64,000 nt of DNA from an uncultured Maritimibacter sp. (GTDB lineage: Bacteria > Pseudomonadota > Alphaproteobacteria > Rhodobacterales > Rhodobacteraceae): NCBI RefSeq assembly GCF_937129605.1, contig NZ_CAKZNN010000007.1. One strand, given 5' to 3'. Made by a program: the position numbers and the translations under genes. Below the pieces are notes generated by a model. That model made no database searches and was not told the origin of the DNA. It saw only the letters and a program-made list of their open reading frames with translations. Shown one piece after another: positions 21,637 to 31,460 of the stretch. Positions within the stretch are counted from its first letter, which is position 1. The number at the start of each line of letters is the position of its first letter.

Positions 21637-22776
21637 ATGATCGAAGAAAACGCGGTCGAGATCACGCGCAGGTTGATCGAATGCCCCTCCGTCACCCCCG
21701 AGGAAGGCGGTGCTCTGGTCTATCTCGCGGATCTGCTGGCCGGCGCCGGGTTCGACTGCACCCGCGTAGACCGGGGGGAAACCGCGAACCTCTTTGCCCG
21801 CAAGGGACCCAAGGGGGCTGCGCGCACCTTGGGCTTCAATGGCCATACCGACGTGGTGCCGGTGGGGGATACCGGAGCCTGGACGGTGCAACCCTTTGGC
21901 GCGGAGATCCGCAACGGGATGCTCTGGGGCCGGGGCGCGACCGACATGAAATCGGGGGTCGCCGCCTGGGTCGCCGCAGCAATGGCAGCGGAGGTTCCCG
22001 AAGACGGCGCGTTGATCCTCGCCATTACCGGCGATGAAGAGGGCGACGCGACCGACGGCACCGTCGCGCTGCTCGACTGGATGGCCGCCAATGGCGAGGC
22101 GATGAGCGCCTGTGTCGTCGGCGAACCCACCTGCCCCGATGTCATGGGCGAGATGATGAAGATCGGGCGTCGCGGTTCGATGACCGCGTTCTTCACCGCG
22201 CGCGGCGTGCAGGGGCACGCGGCCTATCCGCATCGGGCGAAGAACCCCGTGCCCGCGCTGGCGAGACTGGTCGCCGCGCTCGACGCACATGTGCTGGACG
22301 AGGGCACGGATCATTTCGACGCCTCGACGCTCGCCGTCACAACGATTGACGTGGGCAACCCGGCCACCAACGTGATTCCGGCCGAGGCACGGGCGACCGT
22401 GAACATCCGCTTCAACGATGCGCATAGTTCGCAGGCGCTGACCCGCTGGCTCGAAGAGATGGCGGATCAGGCGGCGGCGGACACCGGCATCGGGATTTCC
22501 ATGACGGTCAAGGTCTCGGGCGAGAGCTTCGTGACACCGCCCGGGCCGCTCTCCGCCCTTGTCGCGACGGCAGTCGAGGCGGAAACGGGGCTGCGACCCG
22601 TGATGTCGACGAGCGGCGGCACTTCGGACGCGCGCTTCGTCAAGGATCACTGCCCGGTGGTCGAGTTCGGGCTGGTCGGCAAGACCATGCACCAGGTCGA
22701 CGAACGGGTCGAGATCGTCCAGATCGAACAGCTTGCGCGGATCTACGGGCGGATCATCGGCTACTATTTTGCGTGA
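21637..22776 (+). CDS. dapE: Succinyl-diaminopimelate desuccinylase
   Basis: [53 protein letters not shown]. Confidence 0.96.
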   Translation: MIEENAVEITRRLIECPSVTPEEGGALVYLADLLAGAGFDCTRVDRGETANLFARKGPKGAARTLGFNGHTDVVPVGDTGAWTVQPFGAEIRNGMLWGRGATDMKSGVAAWVAAAMAAEVPEDGALILAITGDEEGDATDGTVALLDWMAANGEAMSACVVGEPTCPDVMGEMMKIGRRGSMTAFFTARGVQGHAAYPHRAKNPVPALARLVAALDAHVLDEGTDHFDASTLAVTTIDVGNPATNVIPAEARATVNIRFNDAHSSQALTRWLEEMADQAAADTGIGISMTVKVSGESFVTPPGPLSALVATAVEAETGLRPVMSTSGGTSDARFVKDHCPVVEFGLVGKTMHQVDERVEIVQIEQLARIYGRIIGYYFA

Positions 22777-22867
22777 CGCTTTTGGACGCCGGGACCACGC
22801 GCGTTAACCCGTGACGATGTTCAAAGATGTGCAAGCCTTTGTGATTAATTATTATTTTTGAAATCAT

Positions 22868-22928
22868 GATTCTAGTTTTCTAGAATCCTGGAATTCCGGG
22901 ATGCCAGAATCCCGGACTCGCCGGAATG
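22868..22928. repeat. Palindromic core plus tandem octamer array (consensus CYRGAATC)
   Basis: GATTCTAG-TTTT-CTAGAATC followed in phase by CTGGAATT, CCGGGATG, CCAGAATC, CCGGACTC, then G and CCGGAATG. Confidence 0.75.
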
Positions 22929-22975
22929 ACCTCCGGTGCGCCCGAAGGCCATCACTACCGCGAAAATCGCAGGGG

Positions 22976-23569
22976 TCAGACGAGCGCCACGCCCGCCGCC
23001 CGCATCTCGGCCAAGGCCCGCTCCAGTGACCCGTCCAGATCAATCGCCCGGCAGGCAGACATCTTGACCGTCACATCAAAACCCAGCCGCGCGGCATCGA
23101 GCGCCGACCACGCGACGCAATAATCCGTGGCGAGCCCGACAAAGGTCAGCCGCGTCGCGCCCCGCGAGCGCAGGTAACCCTCGAGTCCGGTGGGTGTTTC
23201 ATGGTCATTTTCGAAGAACGCAGAATAGCTGTCCACGTCCGACCGAAAGCCCTTGCGCAGGATCATGTCCGCCGGCGCCACCTCGAGGTCCTCGTGGAAA
23301 GCGGCACCATCAGAGCCTTGCAGGCAGTGATCTGGCCAGAGCACTTGCGGACCATAATCCATCTCGACCAGGTCGAAGGGCACGCAGGCGGGATGCGACG
23401 AGGCGAAAGAGGAATGCCCTGCCGGATGCCAGTCCTGCGTGAACACCCGGATCGGAAAGGCCGCGAGCATCCGGTTGATCTCGGGCACGACCTCGTCCCC
23501 GCCCGCCACCGCCAAGGCTCCGCCGGGACAGAAATCGTTCTGAACGTCGACGACGATCAAGGCGTCCAT
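22976..23569 (-). CDS. pncA: Nicotinamidase/pyrazinamidase
   Basis: VDVQNDFCPGGALAV, QDWHP..H, WPDHC, YSAF, GLATDYCV. Confidence 0.95.
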   Translation of the reverse strand: MDALIVVDVQNDFCPGGALAVAGGDEVVPEINRMLAAFPIRVFTQDWHPAGHSSFASSHPACVPFDLVEMDYGPQVLWPDHCLQGSDGAAFHEDLEVAPADMILRKGFRSDVDSYSAFFENDHETPTGLEGYLRSRGATRLTFVGLATDYCVAWSALDAARLGFDVTVKMSACRAIDLDGSLERALAEMRAAGVALV

Positions 23570-23573
23570 CTCG

Positions 23574-24965
23574 TCACCCATTGAACCGCGCCGTCACCTG
23601 CCGGTTGCCGCGCATATAGTCCACGCGCCACCAGCCGGACTGGCCGGTGACGACCTGTTCCAGTTCTTCGGGCGTCGTGACTGCCACCCGGTTCACGGTC
23701 AGAATCACGTCGCCGCGCAGGAACCCCGTGCGCGCCGCGCGGCCCTCGACCCCGACGACGACGAGTCCACCAGTGACATAGGGGTTGCCCATTGACCGAG
23801 CCATGTCCGCGGTCATCGGCGTCACCGTCAGTCCCTGAAACGGACCCGCCGCCGCAATGGTGACAAGCGACGCTTCGGCCCGTTCCGGCGCCGGGACCAG
23901 AGCCACCTCAGCCCCCTGCCAGGACCCGCCCGAGATATAGCGCACCGCCACGGTGTCACCGAGCGGATGGGTGGCGAGCCGGAAATCGAGTTCGGCCGCA
24001 GCGTTCACCGGCTGATCCTCGATCGCGACGATCACATCGCCCGGCGCCAGCCCGGCTTGGGCAAAGGGACTGTCCTCGGCCATGCGCCGCAGGATCACGC
24101 CCATCGGCCGGTCGAGCCCCAGCGCCTCGGCCATGCCGGCATCGACCACCTGCACCTCGACCCCGGCATAGGGCCGCTCGAACCGGTCCTTGCCCGCCGC
24201 GGCCTGGTCCACGACCTGTTTCACGAGCGCCGCGGGGATGGCGAAGCCGATCCCGTTCGATCCGCCCGAACGTGTCACGATCTGCGTGTTGATGCCGACA
24301 AGGTCGCCGTTCATGTCGACAAGCGCCCCGCCGGAGTTGCCGGGATTGATCGGCGCGTCGGTCTGGATGAAATAGCGCCCGCCCTGCATCATGCCGCCGC
24401 CGCCCTGCCCGGTGCGCGCAAGGCCCGAGATGATGCCCGATGACACGGTCTGGCCGACGCCAAAGGGGTTGCCGATGGCGAGCACCAGATCACCCACTTT
24501 CAGACCGTCGGAATCCGCGTAATCGAGGGCCGGAAGCTCTGGCGCATCCGCGAGCCGGATCACCGCGAGGTCGGCGAATTCATCGGCCAATACCATGGTG
24601 CCCGCGTATTCGCGACGGTCAGCCAGCACGACACGGATGTCGTCGGCATTGCCCACCACATGGTAATTCGTCACGACCAGCCCGTCGCCAAGGATCACGC
24701 CGGACCCGAGCGAGTTCTGCTCCCGTGGACCCAAGACGAAGTCTTTGAAGAACTGCGAGAAAAACGGGTCATCCTGAAACGGCGTGCGCTGTTCGAGGGT
24801 GCGCGAGGCATAGATGTTCACGACCGCGGGCGCCGTCGCCTCGACCACCGGGGCAAAGGACAGTTGCACCTCGGCCTGACTGCCCGGCACACGCTCCTGC
24901 GCGGCGAGCGGCAAGGCCTGCAACGACGTCGCGAGAATTGCAATCAAGATCAGCTTTCGAAACAT
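23574..24965 (-). CDS. DegP/DegQ-type periplasmic serine protease with two PDZ domains
   Basis: Signal peptide, TNYHVV (His), DLAVI (Asp), INPGNSGG (Ser); true start MFRKLIL at 24965. Confidence 0.93.
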   Translation of the reverse strand: MFRKLILIAILATSLQALPLAAQERVPGSQAEVQLSFAPVVEATAPAVVNIYASRTLEQRTPFQDDPFFSQFFKDFVLGPREQNSLGSGVILGDGLVVTNYHVVGNADDIRVVLADRREYAGTMVLADEFADLAVIRLADAPELPALDYADSDGLKVGDLVLAIGNPFGVGQTVSSGIISGLARTGQGGGGMMQGGRYFIQTDAPINPGNSGGALVDMNGDLVGINTQIVTRSGGSNGIGFAIPAALVKQVVDQAAAGKDRFERPYAGVEVQVVDAGMAEALGLDRPMGVILRRMAEDSPFAQAGLAPGDVIVAIEDQPVNAAAELDFRLATHPLGDTVAVRYISGGSWQGAEVALVPAPERAEASLVTIAAAGPFQGLTVTPMTADMARSMGNPYVTGGLVVVGVEGRAARTGFLRGDVILTVNRVAVTTPEELEQVVTGQSGWWRVDYMRGNRQVTARFNG

Positions 24966-25085
24966 GGTCCCTCCCACTGTTTCCCGATTTGGGCGGCAAT
25001 CGTTCAAATTCAAGAGAATGCACCAGATCGGCCCAAATGCAGCCCCAATCCGGCGCGACTTTCGGCCAAGCTCGGAGACACTGCC

Positions 25086-25583
25086 ATGAAACCGGAAACC
25101 TACGATTACACCCTCACCACCGCCAAGGGCTATGCCCTTCTGGCGCTCTGCGCAATCGGCGCGGTCGGGATGGGGTATCTTGCGCTCACCCATGACGGCG
25201 GGCTGCGGTTTCTCGGGCTCGACCTCGGGTATCGCGGTACCACCGTCGCCTTCGCCGGTCTTGGCCTCGTCTGTGCCGCCATAGTCGTGGACCAACTGCG
25301 CGATGTTCTCAAACCGAAAGCCGTGAAGGCGCCGATCCGTCTGGATGCGGAGGCCATCGTGGCCCCGGTGCGTTGGGACGATCCGTCGCTCCTGCGTCTG
25401 ACCTACAAGGGCATCTCGGACGTCAAACCCCGGCTCGTTGGTCAGGACCGGGTGCTCGAGGTCAAGCATATCGAGGGCAACCTCTATATATCCTCCGCCG
25501 CGATGGAAAGCCGCGAGGCCTTTGACCGGCTGTGGAAATCGCTCGAGTCCCGCGTCGGCCTGCATCGCGGCTATCGCTACTGA
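25086..25583 (+). CDS. Hypothetical membrane protein (2 TM)
   Basis: ATG after GGAGAC; two hydrophobic segments, then a short soluble domain. Confidence 0.7.
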   Translation: MKPETYDYTLTTAKGYALLALCAIGAVGMGYLALTHDGGLRFLGLDLGYRGTTVAFAGLGLVCAAIVVDQLRDVLKPKAVKAPIRLDAEAIVAPVRWDDPSLLRLTYKGISDVKPRLVGQDRVLEVKHIEGNLYISSAAMESREAFDRLWKSLESRVGLHRGYRY

Positions 25584-25621
25584 GGCTTGATCAGGGGGCT
25601 TGCCGGGCGTAATCCCCGGCC

Positions 25622-26533
25622 ATGTTCACCGTCTGCGCCCTTTATCACTTCACGCCCTTCGACGACCTGCAAGCGATCCGGAAACCGCTGGCGGCGCTCT
25701 GCTGCGGGCGGGGGATCACCGGGTCGCTCCTGCTCGCCCCCGAGGGGATCAACGGCACCGTGGCGGGCACGGCCGAGGCGATCGAGGCGCTCATCGCGCA
25801 TATCCGCGCCCTGCCCGGCTGCGCGGATTTCGACTACAAGCTCTCGACCGCGACCGAGCAGCCCTTTGGCCGCATGAAGGTGCGCCTGAAGCGCGAGATC
25901 GTGACGATGGGCCAGCCCGACGTCGATCCCCGCGCGGGCACCGGGCATTACTGCACGCCCAAGGAATGGAACGACCTCATCCAACAGGACGACGTCGTGG
26001 TGATCGACACTCGCAACGATTACGAGGTGGCCATCGGCACCTTCGCGGGCGCGGTCGATCCCCACACGGCGAGCTTCCGCGAGTTTCCGGCCTGGTGGGA
26101 GGCAAACCGCGAACGCTTCCACAACAAGCGCGTCGCGATGTTCTGCACCGGCGGCATCCGCTGCGAGAAATCGACGAACTATCTGCTCGGGCAAGGGGTG
26201 GAAGATGTCTTTCACCTCAAGGGCGGCATCCTCAAGTATCTCGAGGATATGCCCGCCGACCAAAGCCTCTGGCAGGGCGAATGCTTCGTCTTTGACGGGC
26301 GGGTGAGCGTCGGTCACGGCCTTGTCGAAGGCCCGCATGAGATGTGCCATGCCTGCCGCCGCCCGATCCTGCCCGAGGACAAGGAACGTCCTGAATATGA
26401 GGCGGGCGTATCCTGCCACCTCTGCATCGAAGACTACGACGATGACCGGCGCGAACGGTTCCGCGAACGCCAGCGCCAGATCGCGCTCGCCAGGTCGCGC
26501 GGCGACAGGCATCTGGGTCCGCGCGGCGACTGA
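25622..26533 (+). CDS. trhO: tRNA uridine(34) hydroxylase (rhodanese-related, UPF0176)
   Basis: EGINGT, DTRNDYE, FCTGGIRCEKS, HLKGGILKY, CFVFDGR. Confidence 0.93.
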   Translation: MFTVCALYHFTPFDDLQAIRKPLAALCCGRGITGSLLLAPEGINGTVAGTAEAIEALIAHIRALPGCADFDYKLSTATEQPFGRMKVRLKREIVTMGQPDVDPRAGTGHYCTPKEWNDLIQQDDVVVIDTRNDYEVAIGTFAGAVDPHTASFREFPAWWEANRERFHNKRVAMFCTGGIRCEKSTNYLLGQGVEDVFHLKGGILKYLEDMPADQSLWQGECFVFDGRVSVGHGLVEGPHEMCHACRRPILPEDKERPEYEAGVSCHLCIEDYDDDRRERFRERQRQIALARSRGDRHLGPRGD

Positions 26534-26613
26534 TCCCACGAATTGCTGTCACGTCACGCGTGACCTCGACCCTCGGCGCGTTATCCTTCCGCCAAACCAC
26601 GGGAGGACCAATC

Positions 26614-27771
26614 ATGAGCCTGTTTTCACAAACCGCCACCTGGGCCACGGACGAGCACCGGATGTTCGCCGACATGGCAGGCAAGTTTCTTGACGACGCG
26701 ATGGTGCCCAACATCGAGAAATGGGTGAAGGCCGGGGTCGTGGACCGCGATTTCTGGCGCGCGGCGGGCGAGGCGGGTCTCATGGGCAGGTCGATCCCCG
26801 AGGAACACGGCGGCGTTGGCGGCGACTATGGCTTCGACGCCGTGCTGCTTTATGAACAGACCCGGCGCGGCGACATGGGCTGGGGCTACGGCATCCAGTC
26901 CATCGTGGCGCATTACATCACCGCCTATGGCTCGGACGAGCAAAAGGCGCGCTGGCTCCCCGGCCTCGTATCAGGCGACATCGTGGGCGCGATTGCAATG
27001 ACCGAACCGGGCACGGGGTCCGACCTTCAATCGGTGCGGGCCTTTGCCGAGAAGGACGGCAACCACTACAAGATCAACGGGTCGAAGATCTTCATCACCA
27101 ACGGCCAGACCGCCGATCTGGTTATCACGGTCGCCAAGACGTCCAAGGAGAAAGGCGCGAAGTCGATCTCGCTCATCGCCGTGGAACCTGCCGAGGCCGA
27201 GGGGTTCCGGCGCGGGCGCAACCTCGAGAAACTCGGGATGAAGGCCAACGACACGGCGGAGCTTTTCTACGAGGACGTGCGCGTGCCCACGTCGAACTTC
27301 ATCGGCACGGAAGAGGGTCAGGGGTTTTACCAACTGATGAAGCAACTGCCCTGGGAACGGCTGCTCATCGCCATTCAGGCGCTGGGAGCGGTCGATTTCG
27401 CCATCGCCGAAACGGTGAAATACGTGCAGGACCGCAGGGCGTTCGGCCAACGCGTGATGGATTTCCAGAACACGCGGTTCAAACTCGCGGAGTGCAAGAC
27501 CAAGGCCGAGGTGCTGCGCTCCTTCGTCAACGACTGCACCGCGCGGCTCGTGAAGGGTGAATTGGACGCGGCCACCGCCAGCATGGCGAAATATTACGGG
27601 TCCGAAGTGCAGGGGCAGGTCATGGACGATTGTCTGCAACTGTTCGGCGGCTACGGCTTCATGATGGAATACCCCATCGCGCGCGCCTATGCCGACGCGC
27701 GGGTGCAGCGGATTTACGGCGGCACGAACGAGATCATGAAGGAACTGATCGCGCGGTCGCTGGATGTGTGA
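26614..27771 (+). CDS. Acyl-CoA dehydrogenase
   Basis: AMTEPGTGSDL, GSKIFITNG, QLFGGYGFMMEYPIAR, IYGGTNEIMK. Confidence 0.96.
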   Translation: MSLFSQTATWATDEHRMFADMAGKFLDDAMVPNIEKWVKAGVVDRDFWRAAGEAGLMGRSIPEEHGGVGGDYGFDAVLLYEQTRRGDMGWGYGIQSIVAHYITAYGSDEQKARWLPGLVSGDIVGAIAMTEPGTGSDLQSVRAFAEKDGNHYKINGSKIFITNGQTADLVITVAKTSKEKGAKSISLIAVEPAEAEGFRRGRNLEKLGMKANDTAELFYEDVRVPTSNFIGTEEGQGFYQLMKQLPWERLLIAIQALGAVDFAIAETVKYVQDRRAFGQRVMDFQNTRFKLAECKTKAEVLRSFVNDCTARLVKGELDAATASMAKYYGSEVQGQVMDDCLQLFGGYGFMMEYPIARAYADARVQRIYGGTNEIMKELIARSLDV

Positions 27772-27869
27772 GACGAGTCTTGTGTCACGAGCCGAACTTT
27801 TGCCCTTAACTTCCGGGCGATAGCACCTAGCTGTTCCGCAACGAACCAAAACAGCGAACAGGAGCCCCA

Positions 27870-28313
27870 ATGCGCTATCTTCACACCATGATCCGCGTCA
27901 CCGATATCGAGGAAAGCCTCGATTTCTGGTGCAACAAGATGGGCCTCGTCGAAACCCGCCGCAAAGAGGTGCCGGAGGGCAAGTTCACCCTGATCTTCCT
28001 CGCCGCCCCCAAGGACGAGGCAGACGCCCGTGCCAACAACGCACCGGAACTGGAACTGACCTACAACTGGAATTCGGACGAGGTCCTCGACACCGCCCGC
28101 GCCTGGGGTCATGTCGCCTACAAGGTCGACAATATATATGAGACCTGCCAGCGGCTTATGGATGCGGGTGTCACGATCAACCGCCCCCCGCGCGATGGCA
28201 ACATGGCCTTCGTGAAATCCCCCGACAACATCTCGATCGAGCTTCTGCAAGAGGGCGATCCGCTGCCCAAGCAGGAACCTTGGGCGTCGATGGAAAACAC
28301 CGGAAGCTGGTGA
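27870..28313 (+). CDS. gloA: Lactoylglutathione lyase (glyoxalase I)
   Basis: [35 protein letters not shown]. Confidence 0.9.
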   Translation: MRYLHTMIRVTDIEESLDFWCNKMGLVETRRKEVPEGKFTLIFLAAPKDEADARANNAPELELTYNWNSDEVLDTARAWGHVAYKVDNIYETCQRLMDAGVTINRPPRDGNMAFVKSPDNISIELLQEGDPLPKQEPWASMENTGSW

Positions 28314-28349
28314 CCCCTGCGCACTTGAGAAAGAAGGCGAAGGCCCGGT

Positions 28350-28841
28350 TCAGACCGGGTCTTCTTCTTTCGAGAACCGCTTTTCCATCCGGCCGACAAG
28401 GCGGATGACCACAAGCGCCGGGATGGCGGTCAGAACGGCCACGTCCCACAGGCCCAGGCCACAGGCCACGCCGACGGCGGCGACGAGCCACAGGCTCGCC
28501 CCCGTTGTCAGACCGCGCACCTTGCCCTGCGAAAAGACGATCATCCCGGCCGCGAGAAAGGCGACACCCGAGGTCACCGCCTCGATCACGCGGATGGGAT
28601 CGTAGCGCGCGGCATCCACCGCGTCGCCGCCCTGCGCCATCAATTCAAGCGTCAGGATGCAGTAGACCGCCGCCGCCAACCCCACGAGCATGTGGGTACG
28701 CAGCCCGGCCGGCCGGTCGCGCTGTTCGCGTTCGAACCCGATGGCACCGCAAAGCACCAGCGCGCCAAGGATCCGCAGCGCAATGATGCCGATCGGCATG
28801 TCCGTGTTCGGCGAAAATTCGGAGATGAGTATGTCTAGCAT
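28350..28841 (-). CDS. MgtC/SapB family membrane protein
   Basis: IGFERE..AGLRTHMLV, GVAFLAAG, GLTTGASLW. Confidence 0.92.
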   Translation of the reverse strand: MLDILISEFSPNTDMPIGIIALRILGALVLCGAIGFEREQRDRPAGLRTHMLVGLAAAVYCILTLELMAQGGDAVDAARYDPIRVIEAVTSGVAFLAAGMIVFSQGKVRGLTTGASLWLVAAVGVACGLGLWDVAVLTAIPALVVIRLVGRMEKRFSKEEDPV

Positions 28842-29005
28842 GATGTGAACCCTTGCCCCAACACGCCGATTCAGGGGAAGGTTCCAGATACGGGGAGTGA
28901 TTTCGCCACAAGCATAAGAATCTTAGGCTAAAGAATCTTGGGAACTTTTTTGTGAGACGCGGGATTACCCCATAGACAGATATTCTGTGAACGAAGGAGA
29001 CAGAC

Positions 29006-29272
29006 ATGAAGACCCCCCTTATCGCCCTCGCCGTTGCTTCCGCTTTCGCCGTAGCTGGCTGTGAAAGCCAGAACCAGACGCAGGCGACCCTCGCTGGCGC
29101 CGCGACCGGTGCTGCCATCGGTGGCCTGACCTCGGGTTCCGTGGGCGGTGCCCTGATCGGTGGCGCGACCGGCGCCGTGGCCGGCAACCTCATCGGTCGC
29201 GTGGCCGACAGCCAGACCCAGTGCTACTACCGCGACGCTTCGGGTCAGCGTTACGTGGCCCAGTGCCCGTAA
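29006..29272 (+). CDS. Glycine-zipper lipoprotein
   Basis: Lipobox VAGC; GAATGAAIGG..GALIGGATGAVAGNLIG; C-terminal CYYRD. Confidence 0.85.
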   Translation: MKTPLIALAVASAFAVAGCESQNQTQATLAGAATGAAIGGLTSGSVGGALIGGATGAVAGNLIGRVADSQTQCYYRDASGQRYVAQCP

Positions 29273-29302
29273 GGCGATCCTTCCAGATCCAGGTGCACCT
29301 CA

Positions 29303-29329
29303 CCCCGTCTCTCACGAGACGGGGTTTTT
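29303..29329 (+). terminator. Intrinsic terminator
   Basis: CCCCGTCTC-TCAC-GAGACGGGG-TTTTT. Confidence 0.85.
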
Positions 29330-29376
29330 CTTTGCCCGCTGGTCCGGTCCGTCCAACGGTCCCCCGCCGCGCTTGC

Positions 29377-29412
29377 AAAAAAACCGCCCGCCGGATCGCT
29401 CCGACGGGCGGC
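29377..29412 (-). terminator. Intrinsic terminator of the CsbD gene
   Basis: A7 followed by CCGCCCG..CGGGCGG stem (T-tail on the minus strand). Confidence 0.75.
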
Positions 29413-29432
29413 TCTGTCAGTCGACGGAGTGA

Positions 29433-29630
29433 TCAGTGGCGGCTCATCCAGGCATCGACCTCGTCACGGGCCTCTTCCTTGGTCTTGCCGTAGCGTTCCT
29501 GAATCTTGCCCTCGAGCTTTTCGCGGTTGCCCGCGACTTCGTCGAGTTCGTCGTCAGTCAGCTTGCCCCACTGGACTTGGGCTTCACCTTTGAATTGCTT
29601 CCATTTGCCTTCGATCTGATCCCAGTTCAT
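29433..29630 (-). CDS. CsbD/YjbJ family general stress protein
   Basis: MNWDQIEGKWKQFKGEAQVQWGKLTDDEL..GKIQERYG. Confidence 0.95.
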   Translation of the reverse strand: MNWDQIEGKWKQFKGEAQVQWGKLTDDELDEVAGNREKLEGKIQERYGKTKEEARDEVDAWMSRH

Positions 29631-29667
29631 GGCGTTCTCCTTTTCACCTGATGGGTTATGAAAGAGA

Positions 29668-29693
29668 AACGCTCGGTCCCTGATGGCGGTTCC
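29668..29693 (-). promoter_or_regulatory. EcfG-type promoter of the CsbD gene
   Basis: GGAAC-N17-CGTT on the minus strand. Confidence 0.75.
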
Positions 29694-29696
29694 CGC

Positions 29697-31460
29697 CTAT
29701 GCCCGCGAAACGATCGGATGGGTGTGATCAGAGGGCACGATTTCGTCATCGAAGCCCTGAATCGGAAACTCGATCTCGACAACGTATTCGCCCTCATCTT
29801 CCCGGCGGGTGACCTTGCCGTCCATCTGGCTCACGAAGGCCCGGACAAGCTGCTCACCCAACCCGGTGCTTTCCTCTCCCGCACCCTCGCCAAAGGGCGC
29901 TCCCAGCGTGTTGACCACGGTGATCACACCCCGATCCCCGCCGGGCTCGCAATCAAGCCGGACCGTTAGGCGCGGATTTTCGCCGTTTTCGGGCTGCCCC
30001 AAGTGCTTCAGCGCATTGGTCACGAGCTCAGACACGGCAAGCGAAAGCGGCACGGCCTGATCAGGGTAGACCTCGCATTCGTCGAAGCTCATCGTCGTGG
30101 CGACGACCTCGCCCTCGGTGGCCGAGGAGAGGATCTGGCGCACGATGGCGTCAAGCAGCTCGTTGACCCGGACCCGTTCGGCGGTCGAGGTTTCGTAAAG
30201 ATTCTGGTGAACCCGCGCGATTGACATGACACGTTGCTGGATATCTGACAGGGCGTTCTTGATCGTGGGTGAATTGGCCTTGCGCATCTTCATGCCCACG
30301 ATCGACACGATGAGTTGCAGGTTGTTCTTGACCCTGTGGTGCACCTCCTTGAGCAGCACGGTGCGCTGGTGGATGGTGTCGTAGAGCTCGGCCTCGTCGT
30401 GCAAGATGTTCTCGGCCAGCCGCATCCAGGTCTCTTCCATATCCCGGATCTCGGCCGGCACCGACGGGTCGGGCTTGGGCTCGACCAGTTTGCGCGAGCG
30501 CATGAAGGCGAGCATCCGCGCCCGAAGGTTCCGTGTGGGCCGGATCACCATGCGCTGAACGGCGTAGAAGGCGACGAGAAGGCTCACGACCCACATCATG
30601 AGCGGAAAGAACATGGATGCGCCCCAGCTCATCCCGCCGACCAGTGCGCCGGATCGGTTCTCCCACGACCCCAGCGCAAAGACCTGCCCGGCGACGATGG
30701 GCACCACCGCAAACAGCCGCTCGTCCCCGGTTTCGGTCTCGGCCACAAAAGCCACCTCTTCGCCACCTGCCAGCGCGGCGAGTGAGCGATTCAGGGGCAG
30801 GTGCCGCCCCACATCCTCCATGCCCGAGGAGGACGTCAGGACATCGCCCTCGGCGTTGAAGGTGACAAGCTCGAGCGGACGTTGCTCCGGCCCCGTCGTG
30901 TCGATGGGCGAGGTCAGCTTGCGGTGGGGGATCGAGGCGACGACATAACCGTCGTAGTCCCCGTCCGTGACCACGGGCAACGAAACGATGATCACCGGCA
31001 CGTTGCTGATCGAGGGTGCCACGTTGAATTTCACCCGCGGCCCGGGCCGCTCGGTAAACTCATTGTGCATCGGGCGTTCCGCCAGGCTGTTGCCCTGCCC
31101 CGACGATGCACAGGCCACATTACCGTCACGTTGAACATAGGCGACGAGCGACAGCTCGGGCGTGTCGCGCAGAAGCGATGCGAGCGGCCCTTCGCAGGGC
31201 CACCCGTTTGCCCGCAGGACCGGCACAAGCGAAACAAGCGTCTTGGCGACGCCTGTTGCCGTCCGGATCGCCGCCTCTGGTTCCTGGGCGGCATCGGAGG
31301 TCAACGCCAGAAGCGTGTCGGCGAGATCCTCTTCCGCCCGATTGAGAAGCTGATAGGTCGTGGCGACAGAGATGATCCCCACCGGCAGAAGAGCCAGCGC
31401 GAGCAGCGCGGCGATCCGAAAGGTTAGGGTTCGACTCCGCTCGCGAAGCGTTGCAATCAA
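29697..31460 (-). CDS. Membrane sensor histidine kinase, HisKA_2/HWE type (PhyK/Pak-like)
   Basis: Two TM segments, periplasmic domain, LKEVHHRVKNNLQ H-box, ELVTNALKH, GLGEQLV; downstream of ecfG. Confidence 0.92.
   Translation of the reverse strand: MIATLRERSRTLTFRIAALLALALLPVGIISVATTYQLLNRAEEDLADTLLALTSDAAQEPEAAIRTATGVAKTLVSLVPVLRANGWPCEGPLASLLRDTPELSLVAYVQRDGNVACASSGQGNSLAERPMHNEFTERPGPRVKFNVAPSISNVPVIIVSLPVVTDGDYDGYVVASIPHRKLTSPIDTTGPEQRPLELVTFNAEGDVLTSSSGMEDVGRHLPLNRSLAALAGGEEVAFVAETETGDERLFAVVPIVAGQVFALGSWENRSGALVGGMSWGASMFFPLMMWVVSLLVAFYAVQRMVIRPTRNLRARMLAFMRSRKLVEPKPDPSVPAEIRDMEETWMRLAENILHDEAELYDTIHQRTVLLKEVHHRVKNNLQLIVSIVGMKMRKANSPTIKNALSDIQQRVMSIARVHQNLYETSTAERVRVNELLDAIVRQILSSATEGEVVATTMSFDECEVYPDQAVPLSLAVSELVTNALKHLGQPENGENPRLTVRLDCEPGGDRGVITVVNTLGAPFGEGAGEESTGLGEQLVRAFVSQMDGKVTRREDEGEYVVEIEFPIQGFDDEIVPSDHTHPIVSRA

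Noticed and set aside
24966-25565. N-terminal extension of the 663-aa protease ORF
   Set aside because: Overlaps the plus-strand gene at 25086; the signal peptide starts at 24965.
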